37,972 nucleotides of DNA from Octopus bimaculoides (lineage: Eukaryota), in assembly GCF_001194135.2 (NCBI RefSeq), contig NC_069000.1:23426824-23464795 (forward strand). Direction: 5' to 3'. The notes below the pieces were generated by a model, which saw nothing but the letters and a program-made list of their open reading frames with translations, was not told the DNA's origin and made no database searches. The translations under genes were made by a program, and so were the position numbers. This document shows, piece by piece, positions 1 through 13,509 of the stretch. Each line of letters starts with the position of its first letter. The first letter of the stretch is position 1.

Positions 1-2164
1 ATTTTGGGGGGAAAAAAGCAAGAAGTGGATAGGGTGCACACAAATGAGCAGTGTTTGGATCAAACCGCATGTCAATCTCTTCGTAAGTTTTTTTATTTTT
101 GCGAATTTTCACAAAACTTTTTTCAATTCTGTCTTCTGCACAATGGAATTAATACTATTATGCAATAAGCTTTTTTTTTTTTAATATCTGAAACCATCCT
201 CTACTCACTTAATTCTAAAAGTTTCCACTGTTTAATGACATTTGTAATTGTATTGTCATTTTGGTTTCTGCTTCTATTTTATGCCCATAATATGCAGGGA
301 TCACTTGGGATACATTGCCAAATGTGAACTTGGATAAGCAAAGCAAGAGAAAGAGATGGAATGGTCATGGTCAACATGCTTTTGATCATAGGTTTATTCA
401 GTTTGGGCTAAACTATGAGTAAACAATCATAATTAGTGTCATCAAGAAGCAAAAACGCCTCTCATCAACTTTAATTCCTGTATCTACTCAGTGACCACCA
501 ATATGGTTTTCAAGCATTCAGATCCACTGGACACCTAATTTCCTACTCTACAATTATTTCCTACATTGAGACTATGAAAACATCCTTCAATGGTGAAATG
601 ACAACCTACTTTGATTTAATAGTGTGTGTGAAGAGATAAAATTGGTAACTAGGGCAAAATGAATTTTTCATTAGGTGAGTATTTGTTAGAAGTTAAAATA
701 CTTTATAACTCAGAAGAGGAAGGCCAGTCTTTCATGCGGTCATCGCTAAGCAGAGGACTGTGTTCATGAAAGCTCCTCAGTGAGGGTGAGGCCTAGAATC
801 TGTAATGCAATACACTTGTAATAACTTATAATAATTCTGCTTGTCACTGCATTACTTAGCCCATTCGTAATGCGCTCATGTGATTAGAGAAAAAGAGGGA
901 GAGAGAAGCGTCCATGACGTGAGGTAGAGGGAATGTAATTGTAACACTTTCACATGATTAGTTGAAAAAGGAGAGAGAAAAGAGGAGAGGGAGGGAGCGC
1001 AATATTTATTATGTGGTTAAAAAAGTTGAAGGTAGAGTAGAAAAGTTAAAAACATAATTTTAGCAGTGGGATGATGTTCTGATAGTGAGGTTAAAGAAAG
1101 GTAAATAGAGTGGAGGGAGAGAGAGAGAGATGGTGGTAGTGGTGGTGATTGGATAGTGAAAAATATATATTTTTTAATTTAGCTAAGTTTTTTTATAATA
1201 CCTATCACTTAATGCATGCGCATAAATGCAATTCTGTGAAATATTCACATTTATGTGGCAGATATATGCAATTTAACGAAAGGTTATATTGTATGTATAA
1301 GATTTTTTTTATGGGGAAAATGGAAAAATAAGAGTGAATATTTATTTTATGGGAGCTGTGTAAGTCTATAAAATAGTACATTATTGTATTTCAATTTCTT
1401 TCACTTTTCAATGAATAGCAGATGTGTGACTATCTTTCCATACAGACACAACACAGGCTACACTTTCAGGTTTTGTGGATAAAGTTTTTAGAAATAACCC
1501 AGTAAGTTTACCATTAATTCCATGAAATATTCACAGGTCCTGCTAGTAATATTCTATATTATAACTGCAGTATGGTCATGACAACATCACAGTATCTGAG
1601 CATCCGCTTTGGGTGAAAAAATAATCAGCTCTAAATTTGAAATAACACTTTTTACTCAAGTCTTATACTGAACTTATTCTTATAAATAATTATCATACTT
1701 CTATGCTGAGTGTTGAAATTAATCTTTTATTCATCACAGTGAGTTTTTTTTATGTAGCCTTGTGCTAACCTTCCCTTGTTAGCTAGATTAAAAAAAGAAC
1801 GGTAGTTATATAGTATCCAGGTAATCTGACAAAATCATGTCTTATAATGCGAATACACAATTCTATTGGGATGTAAATTAATGTGACAAGCTCAATATCT
1901 ATTCCTTTATTGTTATCCTATAATCGAATTGTTTTTGCCAATTACTGTTAGAAACACTAACATTTAACAACTGATTCCAATTGAATTCTAACAATTCCTC
2001 ATGGTTTCTGCCTTTACCAAATTGTACATTATTGCAAAACCACTCCTTGTTAACAATAATCTACATTTGTTCTGCTTAAATTGAGCACCAACTGCATTGT
2101 TCTCATCAGTCTAGGTGGAGGCTGTAAAGGTCACTGCCTTTCTCCTTTAATTAATATATTAGAG

Positions 2165-2206
2165 ACTAGCTTAAAAGCCACCCTATTGGGCAGCTTTTAA
2201 GTTAGT
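2165..2206. repeat. 14-bp inverted repeat (1 mismatch) ending in a Helitron-like CTAG|T on the minus strand
   Basis: ACTAGCTTAAAAGC-cacccTATTgggca-GCTTTTAAGTTAGT. Confidence 0.8.
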
Positions 2207-2492
2207 ATATATAGCTTTTAAGCAACTGACCCTGAATGGGAAGATCCGCAAACAGATCTCTGACTTCTTTTGGAGAATTTGTTGCAATTGTTTCCTCCAG
2301 AGTCATATTCGTCGCAAAAAAATCACCAAAAATAATCACAATAATGAAAACATAGGAATCCAAAATTTCAGGATTGCAGGTCCAGATTCAGCCCGGAATG
2401 ATTTTAATTTACTCACAAAGGTTAGCCTTTAGATTATAAAAATCGTTATCGTACAAAACAATTTGTCGCAAAAAGTCATGTAAAAAATCGCC

Positions 2493-3272
2493 NNNNNNNN
2501 NNNNNNNNNNNNNNNNNNNNNNNNNNNNNNNNNNNNNNNNNNNNNNNNNNNNNNNNNNNNNNNNNNNNNNNNNNNNNNNNNNNNNNNNNNNNNNNNNNNN
2601 NNNNNNNNNNNNNNNNNNNNNNNNNNNNNNNNNNNNNNNNNNNNNNNNNNNNNNNNNNNNNNNNNNNNNNNNNNNNNNNNNNNNNNNNNNNNNNNNNNNN
2701 NNNNNNNNNNNNNNNNNNNNNNNNNNNNNNNNNNNNNNNNNNNNNNNNNNNNNNNNNNNNNNNNNNNNNNNNNNNNNNNNNNNNNNNNNNNNNNNNNNNN
2801 NNNNNNNNNNNNNNNNNNNNNNNNNNNNNNNNNNNNNNNNNNNNNNNNNNNNNNNNNNNNNNNNNNNNNNNNNNNNNNNNNNNNNNNNNNNNNNNNNNNN
2901 NNNNNNNNNNNNNNNNNNNNNNNNNNNNNNNNNNNNNNNNNNNNNNNNNNNNNNNNNNNNNNNNNNNNNNNNNNNNNNNNNNNNNNNNNNNNNNNNNNNN
3001 NNNNNNNNNNNNNNNNNNNNNNNNNNNNNNNNNNNNNNNNNNNNNNNNNNNNNNNNNNNNNNNNNNNNNNNNNNNNNNNNNNNNNNNNNNNNNNNNNNNN
3101 NNNNNNNNNNNNNNNNNNNNNNNNNNNNNNNNNNNNNNNNNNNNNNNNNNNNNNNNNNNNNNNNNNNNNNNNNNNNNNNNNNNNNNNNNNNNNNNNNNNN
3201 NNNNNNNNNNNNNNNNNNNNNNNNNNNNNNNNNNNNNNNNNNNNNNNNNNNNNNNNNNNNNNNNNNNNNNNN
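2493..3272. other. Assembly gap (780 N)
   Basis: N run. Confidence 1.
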
Positions 3273-4990
3273 TATGTATATGAAAGAAAGCAAAAAAGAA
3301 ACAAAAATGATAGTGTTCAGTATGTCGGCAACAGGAAATTCTGTCAAAGAGAGATGGTTAAACAAAGTTGTACATCATTTCACTTTTTCTCTTAAATACC
3401 CACTCTTTCTCTCTTTTTTTATTATTACTCCCACTGCCACCATCAACACTACTACTTTTAATAAAGCATCATCAACTCTCCCTAAATTTCTTTGTCTCTC
3501 TTTCTCTTCCTCTCTTTTTCTTTCTCTCTCTCACTCTGTGTCTTTGCCACTGCCCTCACCATCTCTATACCTACTATTATTCTCACCCCATCATGAGGAA
3601 TAGTAGGACTATCATTGAACAGTCAGAGAGGTCTAAGTGTGATACACTAACACACAGAAATTAGTTTTCACATTTATTATATTAGAAGAAGAAATAAAAT
3701 TTACATTTATTTAATCCCTGAATACTACTATCATCATCTTAAAAACAATCCTTCCACACAATATTTATTTATGCTCCCTTTTTAAAGCCTGACCAGGCTC
3801 ATGGGCCCAGTTTCCTGGTTTATATGGTGTATGTGTCCCCACACCCAGCTGGATGGGACGCCAATCCATCGCAGCTTTACTCAAGAAACAGGAAGAAAGA
3901 GTGAGAAAAAGTTGGGGTGAAAGAGTACAACAGGAGTCGCCACCACCCCCTGCCTGAGCCTCATGGAGCTTTTAGGTGTTTTCGCTCAATAAACAAGCAC
4001 AATGCCCAGTCTGGCCCTCAAAAGAATATAAATTTACCACAAATTAGACTACTGCCAACATATTGGAGTTGCATTATGGTTAATTACACAAATATTTGAG
4101 ATAACATTGACAAAAGGAAAAATCACCCAACTGCTAAGCAAATGTTAACTTGCTGATATACAACAATTACTTCACTACCTGCCATTTGCATTTTACATCT
4201 GTTAAGAGTCTCAGCTACTTTTGAACTAGCAAATCATGTATCCATATCAATATCTCTGCTTGCTAACTTCTTGTTATCTTTAGTGTCTCTCGTCTCCAGG
4301 CCCATTAAACACTGTCCTATCATTCCTCTTCAGAGCTGTGAACTTCTATGATTCCTTCTTTGAAGTGAAAGCTTGATATTCAGGATTTCATTTTGGCTTT
4401 GTTACAGGTGCATGATTTACAGTGACTTTGAGGGTTAGGGTTCCTTGATATTTAGTTTTTCTGCTTCTGGTATTTGTTGTGAACATTCTACGAATAGCTA
4501 TAACAAATACATGAGGCAGCAAAATCTAACAACAGGGAGATAACTCTTTTGCGTTTAAGGGGAGCTAACTTAGTTCTACTCTGAAATTTTCATCAGCATG
4601 AATTACTCGAAATAAACACACACACACAAACGCTCTAGCGTGTGTATGTACTTGTTTTGCAGGATTCTTCATGTGAAATCGTTTGTTGGAACAGGTATTG
4701 TTATATTTGGTGATAGTCATCTTTTGCCAATTAAACACGCATTATTTATCTTCGCTTCAGCTTTATTTTTATTATTTTAGTTTCTTTATGAAAACTCTTC
4801 CAAATGGAATAAGCAGAACAAGAGGAAACACGTGGGATAAAGAGTCGTTGAAGAGGTCACAGAATATGTGACGAAAGAGATTTGACACAAAGACACTAAA
4901 ATGATAATAATAAAACTGAAGTGAAGACCAAATTTATAGTACGTGTGTTGAATTGGCAAAAGATAACCATCCCCAAGTATAACAATATCA

Positions 4991-5177
4991 TTTACTTGTT
5001 TCATTTGACTGTGGCCATGCTGGAGCACAGCCTCGAAGGGTTTAGTCAAACAAATCGACCCTTATTTTTATGAAGTCTAGAAATTATTCTATCGGTCATT
5101 TTTGCCGAACCACTAAGTTATGGGGACATAAACACACCACCACCACCAGTTGTCAAGCAGTGGTGGGGGATAAACAC

Positions 5178-5234
<57 letters not shown>

Positions 5235-5450
5235 ATATATATATATGTATGTATACACACAATATATATATATATATATACACACACACATGACAAGCTT
5301 CTTTCAGTTTCCACCCACCAAATCCACCCACAAGGCTTTGGACGGCCAGAGACTATAGTAAAAGACACTTGCCCAAGGTGCCACGCAGTGGGACTGAACT
5401 TGGAACCATGCGGTTGGGGAAGCAAGCTTCTTATCACACAGCCACACCTC
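4991..5450 (-). mobile_element. tRNA-derived CORE-type SINE with internal TA/CA microsatellite
   Basis: Minus strand has an A-box-like TGGCTGTGTG, B-box-like GTTCAGTCCC and CORE-like GCACCTTGGGCAAGTG; colinear with the copy at 12869-13250. Confidence 0.8.
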
Positions 5451-8071
5451 TAGAATTTAAGTATCAAGATTTGAGGAAAGGCTGATCATGATACCAATCT
5501 ATTTGGTTTTGTTACAATTATTCCTGAGTATGACTTTAAACTACATCCAGTAGTGGGGCCCTGCTTCGGAACTTCCAGGATTTTGAGGAGTGCAGAATGA
5601 TCCTTTAGCCACTGTTGTTCTCAGGTCAAGTCTGATCCAGAGTTGTAACACCCATCAAGTTCCCTGCTATGGGCTAAATAGCATGTAGCCACCTGTGCCA
5701 GGGTACATTGAAATGAATTATGGGATGCAGCATGGTGGATGTGAACTATTTCAGTAGATAAACTTATTGAATCAATGGCAAATATTTCTAGATGCTGAGG
5801 GATAAACAAACAACTGTCAATAGCCAGGACCAACTAATTCAGTCAGCAAAGTACTATTATCAACTGTAGCCATGACATGCACAGATGAGATATTCCAGCT
5901 AGCTAAAGACTAATATGATTTATTGCTAGGCACATTGCTTGAGTCAGATTTGGACAATTAGAATAAAGCATCTCTAGTTAGAATGTGTGTGTGTGTGTGC
6001 GCACGCGTGCATACATGCATGTGAAATTAACCTTTTAATAACATAGATTTGATATTGAGTGCACAAAAAAGCTGCTTAACACTCAAATAAATATTAATAA
6101 AGAATAACAACAACCATCAATAATAGAAAAACAAAGTTGACATTTCAACTTTATCCTTATTTTCATAAGAGTAGAAAAACAAAAGTAGTAATTATAGAGC
6201 AGTGGAAACGACAATGAAAACAATGAAGAAAAGACAAGAACAATAATGGAAGTATTGGACAAAAAGTTGGGAAATCAGCATTGTGTAAGTAAATGAGATA
6301 CTTGTCACGTGGGTTTGTCTATTTCTGATTGGATGTTGGTGTTATCAATGATTGAGTAGGCCTTTAATCAAAAGCTTTCTGGCCTTATCCATCCTGCCTT
6401 ATCCATCCTGCCTTGTTTTCAAGAATAGTGTACTCTAAGATTAGATAGTTCAGTATACTTTTCCTTACTTTAAAATGCTAAGGTGTGATTTGTGGGAGAT
6501 GAAATGTTTTCTAATGACATTGAGAGTAAAAGAGAGAGAGTGGTGGGGAGAGAGAAGGTTTGATAATGAAGAATAATAGAGATGTAGAGGTAATACAGAG
6601 AATTATATCTGGCAGCAGGATCAGACATCTGCAGCAGGCTCATTGTAGACATAACAGATACTAGTCTCCGAGAGATAGTTCCATCTTACCCAAGGCTTTG
6701 CAAATAAAATTTCCTTATGGAATTTTTTCTTTTTTTCTACAAAATTAACTGGCCATGACATTTTCGTCCCTCCAGTTGTAGAAAGGTTATGTAGCTCCAG
6801 TCATTTGAGACTGACGAGTCACCTATTCAGCTAAGCGCTTTATATGTGTGAAACTAATGTTCACTCTATGACCTTCCTTAACTAACAACCTCCTAAATAT
6901 ATTATACATACATAATATATATTCTGTTGTGGTGGGCAGATCTTGAGTACAGCAAGATTTCATTCCTTGATATGTGTGTGTGTGTGTGTATATATATATA
7001 TACCAACCTGTGTATCATACTTAAAGCAGACACATCATAGAAAGGCTAATTGACTGCAGTCAATTACAAAAATATATCAACCCAAACAAAAATTGACCAG
7101 CACCAGTGGTGGCATTGCCAAATATGCATTTCTGCCCCTTTGGGTTTCATCAGTTGCAAGTATCCACTGACAAATGCATGCTAAGACAAAATCTCTCATT
7201 ACCAATATAGTATAAGTGATTGAAAAATCACTGTTACAATTAGCTAACTGGATAAAAATTCTTGGTAGAACTCTAAAATTATAGTTCAGGTGTAGTACTA
7301 ACCATTAACATTTATGTTGACATCTAGATTTCAAATATTATGCATAGCTTCTTTTCTCATCCGAGATCATTATCTGGTCCATTTGGCTTGCATTATATTA
7401 AAGTCATAACAAAGATGTTCCACCAGTATTCTCTCATACTACATGGTTATGTGCTCCACACCACTATAGCTTCTTATATTTGTCTTCTCAGGATTATCCT
7501 TTCTACAGATTTCCTTAAGCAATGTTGGTTCTAGCCACATTGTCTTACAGGCTGGTAAGACTATATTTTCTGACAGCTTATGATGTGATGACATCCTCAA
7601 CATTAATTCCAAAGGGTCTGCATTGATTATCCCATCTAGATTGTTTACCAGCATCCCTATCCCTTTTCTGCATCAGGTATTTTGTGATTATTTCTTGCTT
7701 CTGTACTGAAAGGCATATCTCAGTTGTTAATTGAAGGTAGATTACTCTAGTTATCAATGTTGTTACTTTGAAACCTCCTGAAAATATAACCTGCATGACT
7801 GTTTGCTGTATGTATACAATCTCTCTTCTGATAACCTGTTACAGTAGAGTTGTGCAACTTGTTTGAGTGTATATCCTTGGTTATTAGACACAGAATACCT
7901 TCTGAGAAAACCCCTTTCCAACTCATGATCTTCTCAGCCTCACATATGCATACCTGGTCCATGGATGGACTTTAATATTTCTGTCAGAAGATATTGCCAA
8001 AGAGATATGATGCAATACTGAAAGACTGTTTGGATCAATATTAAACCTCTGCTGTCTTGTTTAATATTAAA

Positions 8072-8970
8072 CTAGCCTAAGTACCCAGCATTGCTCGGAA
8101 GTTTAAAGAATGTTAAAGGAAATAAATAGATTTATTCTGATAAAAAAATATATTTTCAGAAAAATTCTATCAGATATCATGAGTACAAACAAAACTATTA
8201 AAACAAATCCTGAAATCAATCACACTTTAATTTTGTAGAACTTCTAAATATACAACGTTTTCAGTGTGTCCTTTAATTGGGGTACAAATAAAAAGAGTTT
8301 TGGGACTTCCAACTCATGAACATCTTATGTATAATTTCCCATGAGAGAAGCAGAAGCAAGGTTAAGTCCAGCAACCTTGAGAAATTGTCTTTGAGATTTG
8401 TTTATCGACATAGCAAAACTTAGTTTCCCTGGGAACTGGAGCCATTTAAATTTAAAGCGGAAGTCAGATGGGATTAACAGGATCTATGGAATGAAGACAT
8501 CCTCACCATTATATTTCCCAGTGATAATTGCTGCCTCTAGGACATGGAGTTGCATCACTTTCACCACCAGTCTGGTGCCATTGCACAGGTGAGATGGATC
8601 CAAATTCCCGAGTAGCATGATTGAGGCCCCCTTTTTAAGTGTTAAGTTGTGAGGTGGCATCCCAGATGGCTGTAGAGAGTTCAAGAATTCAGTTGGAGAA
8701 ACTACAGCTTGGTCCTGATCAATGACAGTGTTGATGGATTTAAAAGACTGTTCTTGTTCTAGCAACAGCTGCAAGAGATCCCAATTGATTTTGTTGACAG
8801 CATCATTACATGGAGCTAACATGGCTTGCTCACATAGCCATTGACTGTTGCTAAAGTTTTGTGCAATGTTTGGAAACACAGGCATTTTGAGATCATTGAC
8901 AGTTGGTATCATCTCACCGCAGGGTAGCTTGGCTTGTGTTGCTGTTGCAATTCTCCATATAAATGATAGC
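8072..8970 (-). mobile_element. Decayed Helitron: C-terminal PIF1-like helicase fragment plus 3' terminus
   Basis: ORF 8484-8984 has EFLNSLQPSGMPPHNLTLKKGASIMLL.NLDPSHLCNGTRL and continues past a stop as IP*ILLIPSDFRFKFKWLQFPGKLSFAMSINKSQ...CS*VGSPKTL...TENVVYLEVLQN* (stop 8227-8229). Local frameshifts occur around the CFSHG motif. The 3' end is a degenerate hairpin (8083-8099) then CTAG|T (8075-8072, T at 8071). Confidence 0.92.
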
Positions 8971-10423
8971 AAAGTGTGTATCAAATGAAATTAAAATCCT
9001 AGTTCAGTGACAGATTGATTAAGTTAGTAAAGTTTTAACGCTGTTGGTAACAACATATTCTCTCTTCTAATTGAATATTGAAAAAGAGAGAAAATTCCAC
9101 TCTCTCTTTTGCAAGAGAAATTAAGTTAGCTTGGCTCATGTAGGGTGCATGACATCACCTTTAACCCTTTCCAATGTCTAATATGTACATGTACAACCTT
9201 TAGACTTTTATAGAGGGTGAGTAATAGGGATGCTTGGGAAAGGGGGGTGGGAGGGTAGGGGAGAGGTTTCTCAACCCCCACTTCTCCTTTACCCAGTGGT
9301 ATAATTGAGAAAGGTATAGAAGGCCCCCCTCCTCTGAGAGGAGAGGTGCTCCCCACCTTTGCTGGCTAGTATGTAATGTTAGTTTTTAGCATACAATATT
9401 TTTTAATTTCTATCCAAGTAAAATTACTCACATTTGATTTAAAATAGAAACATCCAGTGTTAATAAGTTGAGTTGCTCTAAGAATATTAAAAGCAGGTAA
9501 TGTAAGTTGTCGGTATATCCAAGAATAAATACTCACATAGGATTTAAATGTGAACCAAACAAGAGTAGAAAAGAATAATTTAAAGGTATTTTAGAGAAAG
9601 GGTCATAGGTCAAGTGTTTGTTATACATCATCCAGTGTGGAGATGCAAAGACAAAAAGATTTAAGAATTTCACAACAAGCAACAGGTGAGTGGATTCAGT
9701 TTCAAATCACCAGCAAAGACATGCGAGGCCCTTACACAGTCAGAAAGTTGAAAAAATATAGAGAAATTATCGACTTGTACGATGTATCATCTCAGAATAT
9801 CTTTTCAATTGTGATAATAAAACAATTGTTTTCCTCACCACCTCACCACCATCAAAAATTAATTTCTCTTCCAAAGAGAGAGTAGCAGTATCTCTTTCTT
9901 TCAATTTTTCATTAGAATGTATGGAGACATTATGTTGTCACGAAAATATTTAAACTTTACAAACTTGATCGATCTGTAACTAAACCTGGATTTAATTTCG
10001 TTTTATACTCACTTTGCCAACAATTATATAGATAATTGTGAGTATGGTCTGTAGAAATAACTTATTTTAATGCAATGTTTATGTGTACATTTTCATGTTT
10101 CTCTTGTGCAATCACCCCTACAAATATGTGCACACAATTTTGGGAACTTAATCATGGCTGAAGTTCAACTTAAACCGTCTTACCTCCACCCCAATTTTGA
10201 AAGTATCGTTTAAGTTTTCTTTTGGAATTAAAAAAAGTATGTAAAAATAACTTGTTTTCCCACAGAACTTTTTGATGAAGTTAAAGGACGTGTACACCAC
10301 CCATTTCCAGATTTCTATGTTTTCAATATAGAAGAGTACAATTTGGTCCAAAAATCACGTTTTAGAAATTTTAATTGCCCCACCCCCACCCCAATTGATT
10401 TTTTTAATTTTTGAGTTTTTTTT

Positions 10424-10950
10424 NNNNNNNNNNNNNNNNNNNNNNNNNNNNNNNNNNNNNNNNNNNNNNNNNNNNNNNNNNNNNNNNNNNNNNNNNNNNN
10501 NNNNNNNNNNNNNNNNNNNNNNNNNNNNNNNNNNNNNNNNNNNNNNNNNNNNNNNNNNNNNNNNNNNNNNNNNNNNNNNNNNNNNNNNNNNNNNNNNNNN
10601 NNNNNNNNNNNNNNNNNNNNNNNNNNNNNNNNNNNNNNNNNNNNNNNNNNNNNNNNNNNNNNNNNNNNNNNNNNNNNNNNNNNNNNNNNNNNNNNNNNNN
10701 NNNNNNNNNNNNNNNNNNNNNNNNNNNNNNNNNNNNNNNNNNNNNNNNNNNNNNNNNNNNNNNNNNNNNNNNNNNNNNNNNNNNNNNNNNNNNNNNNNNN
10801 NNNNNNNNNNNNNNNNNNNNNNNNNNNNNNNNNNNNNNNNNNNNNNNNNNNNNNNNNNNNNNNNNNNNNNNNNNNNNNNNNNNNNNNNNNNNNNNNNNNN
10901 NNNNNNNNNNNNNNNNNNNNNNNNNNNNNNNNNNNNNNNNNNNNNNNNNN
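10424..10950. other. Assembly gap (527 N)
   Basis: N run. Confidence 1.
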
Positions 10951-10979
10951 GGACAGTCCGATTCTGCCATTCATTTCTC

Positions 10980-11802
10980 TTTATAAATAGACTTGACTAT
11001 TAATTCTGCCATGAAGGGATGGGGCCAGTAGACTTCCAAGATATAGCCCCTCCAGATCATCATAGATCCTCCCCCATGTTTAACAGTTGGAAGAAGGCAG
11101 TCTAGGTCAAATGCTTCTTTTGGCTATCTTCACATGTATACTTGGCCGGTGGTCGGAAACAAGGTCAAAGATGACTTGTCTGAGAAAATAACATTCTTCC
11201 ACTGCTGTAGGGACCAATTCTGTAGGTTTTTTACTCCACTCTAAATGCTTTGCAACATTTGTTTTTCAAAGGAGTGGTTTTCTGATTGCAGCCCTCCCAT
11301 GAAATCTGGCTTTGTACAGCTCCTGGCAAACAGTTTTAGTGGAAACTGGGTTCTTGAGGTGGCCATTAAGCTCTGCAGTAATTTTGGGAGCTGAACTCTT
11401 GTGACCCTTTCTAACAATTCGCGTAAGAATCCGACGGTCCCTATCTGAAAATTTTGGTTTTCTTCCCAAGTTTTGTTTCAACAAGGAGGTTTTTCCTTTT
11501 TTTCTCAAAAGCTTTCATTACTTCCTGATACACCAAACATATCGGCTGTCTTCATTACACTAGCGCCTGCCATACAAACACCAACAATCTGACTTCTTTG
11601 AAAGTCCGATAGATCTGTCATTTTAATGAATTTTAATTACCTTTATCTGATGATATCTGAAAAGCAGCAGCAATTTCAGCAAAACATATTAAGTAACACT
11701 AATAATAAATCAAAAACCATAAAAATAAACAAGCTTTTGACAGTTTTATAGATATTCCAAAGTTATGATGCTAGGTGTTTCCATTATTTTGTTCAATCCC
11801 TG
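10980..11802 (-). mobile_element. Decayed Tc1-like DNA transposon (left end and N-terminal two-thirds of the transposase)
   Basis: ATG at 11621: MTDLSDFQRSQIVG..., then GRKPKFSDRDRRILTRIVRK...ITAELN...KPLL*, WKNVIFSDKS (first catalytic D), LPTVKHGGGSMMIW; several stops and frameshifts. Left end TA|CAGGGATTGAACAAAATAATGGAAACACC at 11804-11774. Right end not seen (gap). Confidence 0.92.
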
Positions 11803-11854
11803 TATAAATTTATATAGATATATATATATAAAGGTGTGCCAATCTCTCAAAGTA

Positions 11855-12010
11855 GATGTAACATGTGGAAGTGGGAGACCCAGGAAGACATGAGATGAAG
11901 TAGTAAAGAATGACCTCTGGATGCTGAACCTTTCAGGCAAGATGACAGAGAAACAGGATGCCTCGTGCGTTGCTCTCTACTCAAGAATATCCCAGCTCCA
12001 CAACAGAAGT
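11855..12010 (+). mobile_element. RTE-clade LINE ORF 3' end remnant
   Basis: TCGSGRPRKT*DEVVKNDLWMLNL; homologous to 35470-35706. Confidence 0.7.
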
Positions 12011-12868
12011 GTTAATTGAAGTCTGGTCCCCCTGGTGGAGAGGATCAACCTGCTTTCACACTCAACCAAACTTTCACACTTCAGCATTTAACTGGCCCAA
12101 ATATTCTACTAGATGCAGTCTCTCACAGTTATGCAACAACATCATTGTGAAAATAAACAATCACATAATTGAAATTTTGAAGCTATGAGATAATGCCTTG
12201 TTAATTCAAAATGAAAATGAATAAATAAGCATTTCATTTGAAAGAGTAATCCCAATGTTAAGGGATTAATAGTCTTTTAACTGTCAATTTTTATACACTA
12301 ATTTTTCTGTATGTTTAACCCTTTAGCATTTAAACCAGCCATATCTGGCCTGAATATTCTGTCCTACCCTACAATGTCATTCCAAAAGTAGACAATCATA
12401 TCATTCAAAATCTTGAATCTACAAAATACAGGATTAGTTTAAAACAATGTTAATAAATAAGCATAACATTTGATAAAGTAATCTGAATGATGAGAGAGAA
12501 AGAATACTGTTGCTGATTGTAGATTGTATGAGGTTGGTAGAAATATGTCATATGAAAGAGAGAAAGACTATCAACTCTACATTCATACAAGTTGGTCAAA
12601 TGACTCCCACAAAACAAGCTGTGTTGTTTAGCTCCATGTCATCTCTGAACAAGCAGACCCATAATTAAATCCACTCTTTTTGTCATTTAACTTTTTTATA
12701 CAGGCATAATATAACTAAAACTACATTTACAGTGTCATTATCTTGAGCTGGTAGGGCATGATGTGGCTGCTATTTTTATCAAATTGAACAACCACACAGA
12801 AGTTCCCTGATGGTTCACCAGCTCAGTGATATAACTGCATCTCTTAATATTTATTTGTCTAATGGTAA

Positions 12869-13250
12869 GGCACAGGAGTGGTTGTGTGGTAAGAAGCTTG
12901 CTTCCCAGCTTCATGGTTACGGGTTCAGTCCCACTGCATGGTACCTTGGGCGAATGTCTGCTATATAGCTTCGGGCCAACCAAGGCCTTGTGAGTGGATT
13001 TTGATAGACAGAAACTGAAAGAAGCCCATTGTATATATATATATTTATTTTTGTGTAACTGTGTTTGTCCCCCCCCCCACTCGACAACCAATGTTGGTGC
13101 AGCTAACTCCCAATAACTTAGCAGTTCGGCAAAAAGAGACCAATAGAATAAGTACTAGGCTTACAAAGAATAAGTCCTGGGCTCGATTTATTCGACTACA
13201 GGTGGTGCTCCAGCATGGCCAGTCAAATGACTGAAACAAGTAAAAGAGTA
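12869..13250 (+). mobile_element. tRNA-derived CORE-type SINE, near full length
   Basis: GTGGTTGTGTGGTAAGAAG...GGTTCAGTCCCACTG..GGTACCTTGGGCGAATG; same body and tail as 4991-5450. Confidence 0.8.
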
Positions 13251-13509
13251 AAAAGATAAAAGCCTTTCTCTGCAGTAAAGGACATTACAAGCATTTCATA
13301 AACTATTGATGTTACTCTCTGTCTTACCATTTATTGTGGTTATATTTTACCAAAAGATGATCCAACAAATGAAACACAAAGCAAAATTTATCTCTGCTCA
13401 CTCAGCTATATTCAGTGGAAGGTAGAATCATTGTTGTTTTTCATCTTGTTTTTATTTATACTTTTTTGAGTGTTTTTTTTTATGAGTATTTGCATATACA
13501 TGTAGAAGG

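Noticed and set aside
2409-3365. Long ORFs in the track at 2409-3365, 2429-3304, 10315-11003 and 14277-14837
   Set aside because: Artefacts of translating N gaps.
5070-5453. ORFs rich in YI/HT/VC repeats (also 22296-22541 and 24780-25032)
   Set aside because: They are translations of TA/CA/TG microsatellites within SINEs or introns.
6382-6414. 14-bp tandem duplication GCCTTATCCATCCT x2; similar small repeats at 25200-25237 and a 9-bp inverted repeat at 32175-32224
   Set aside because: Short and consistent with ordinary slippage or chance.
7430-8060. Possible LINE remnant (CDDIL-like motif)
   Set aside because: No convincing run of RT motifs could be read by eye, so it is left unannotated.
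11641-11665. TCTGATGATATCTGAAAAG resembling a hammerhead or C/D-box core
   Set aside because: No supporting helices, and it lies within the Tc1 5' region.
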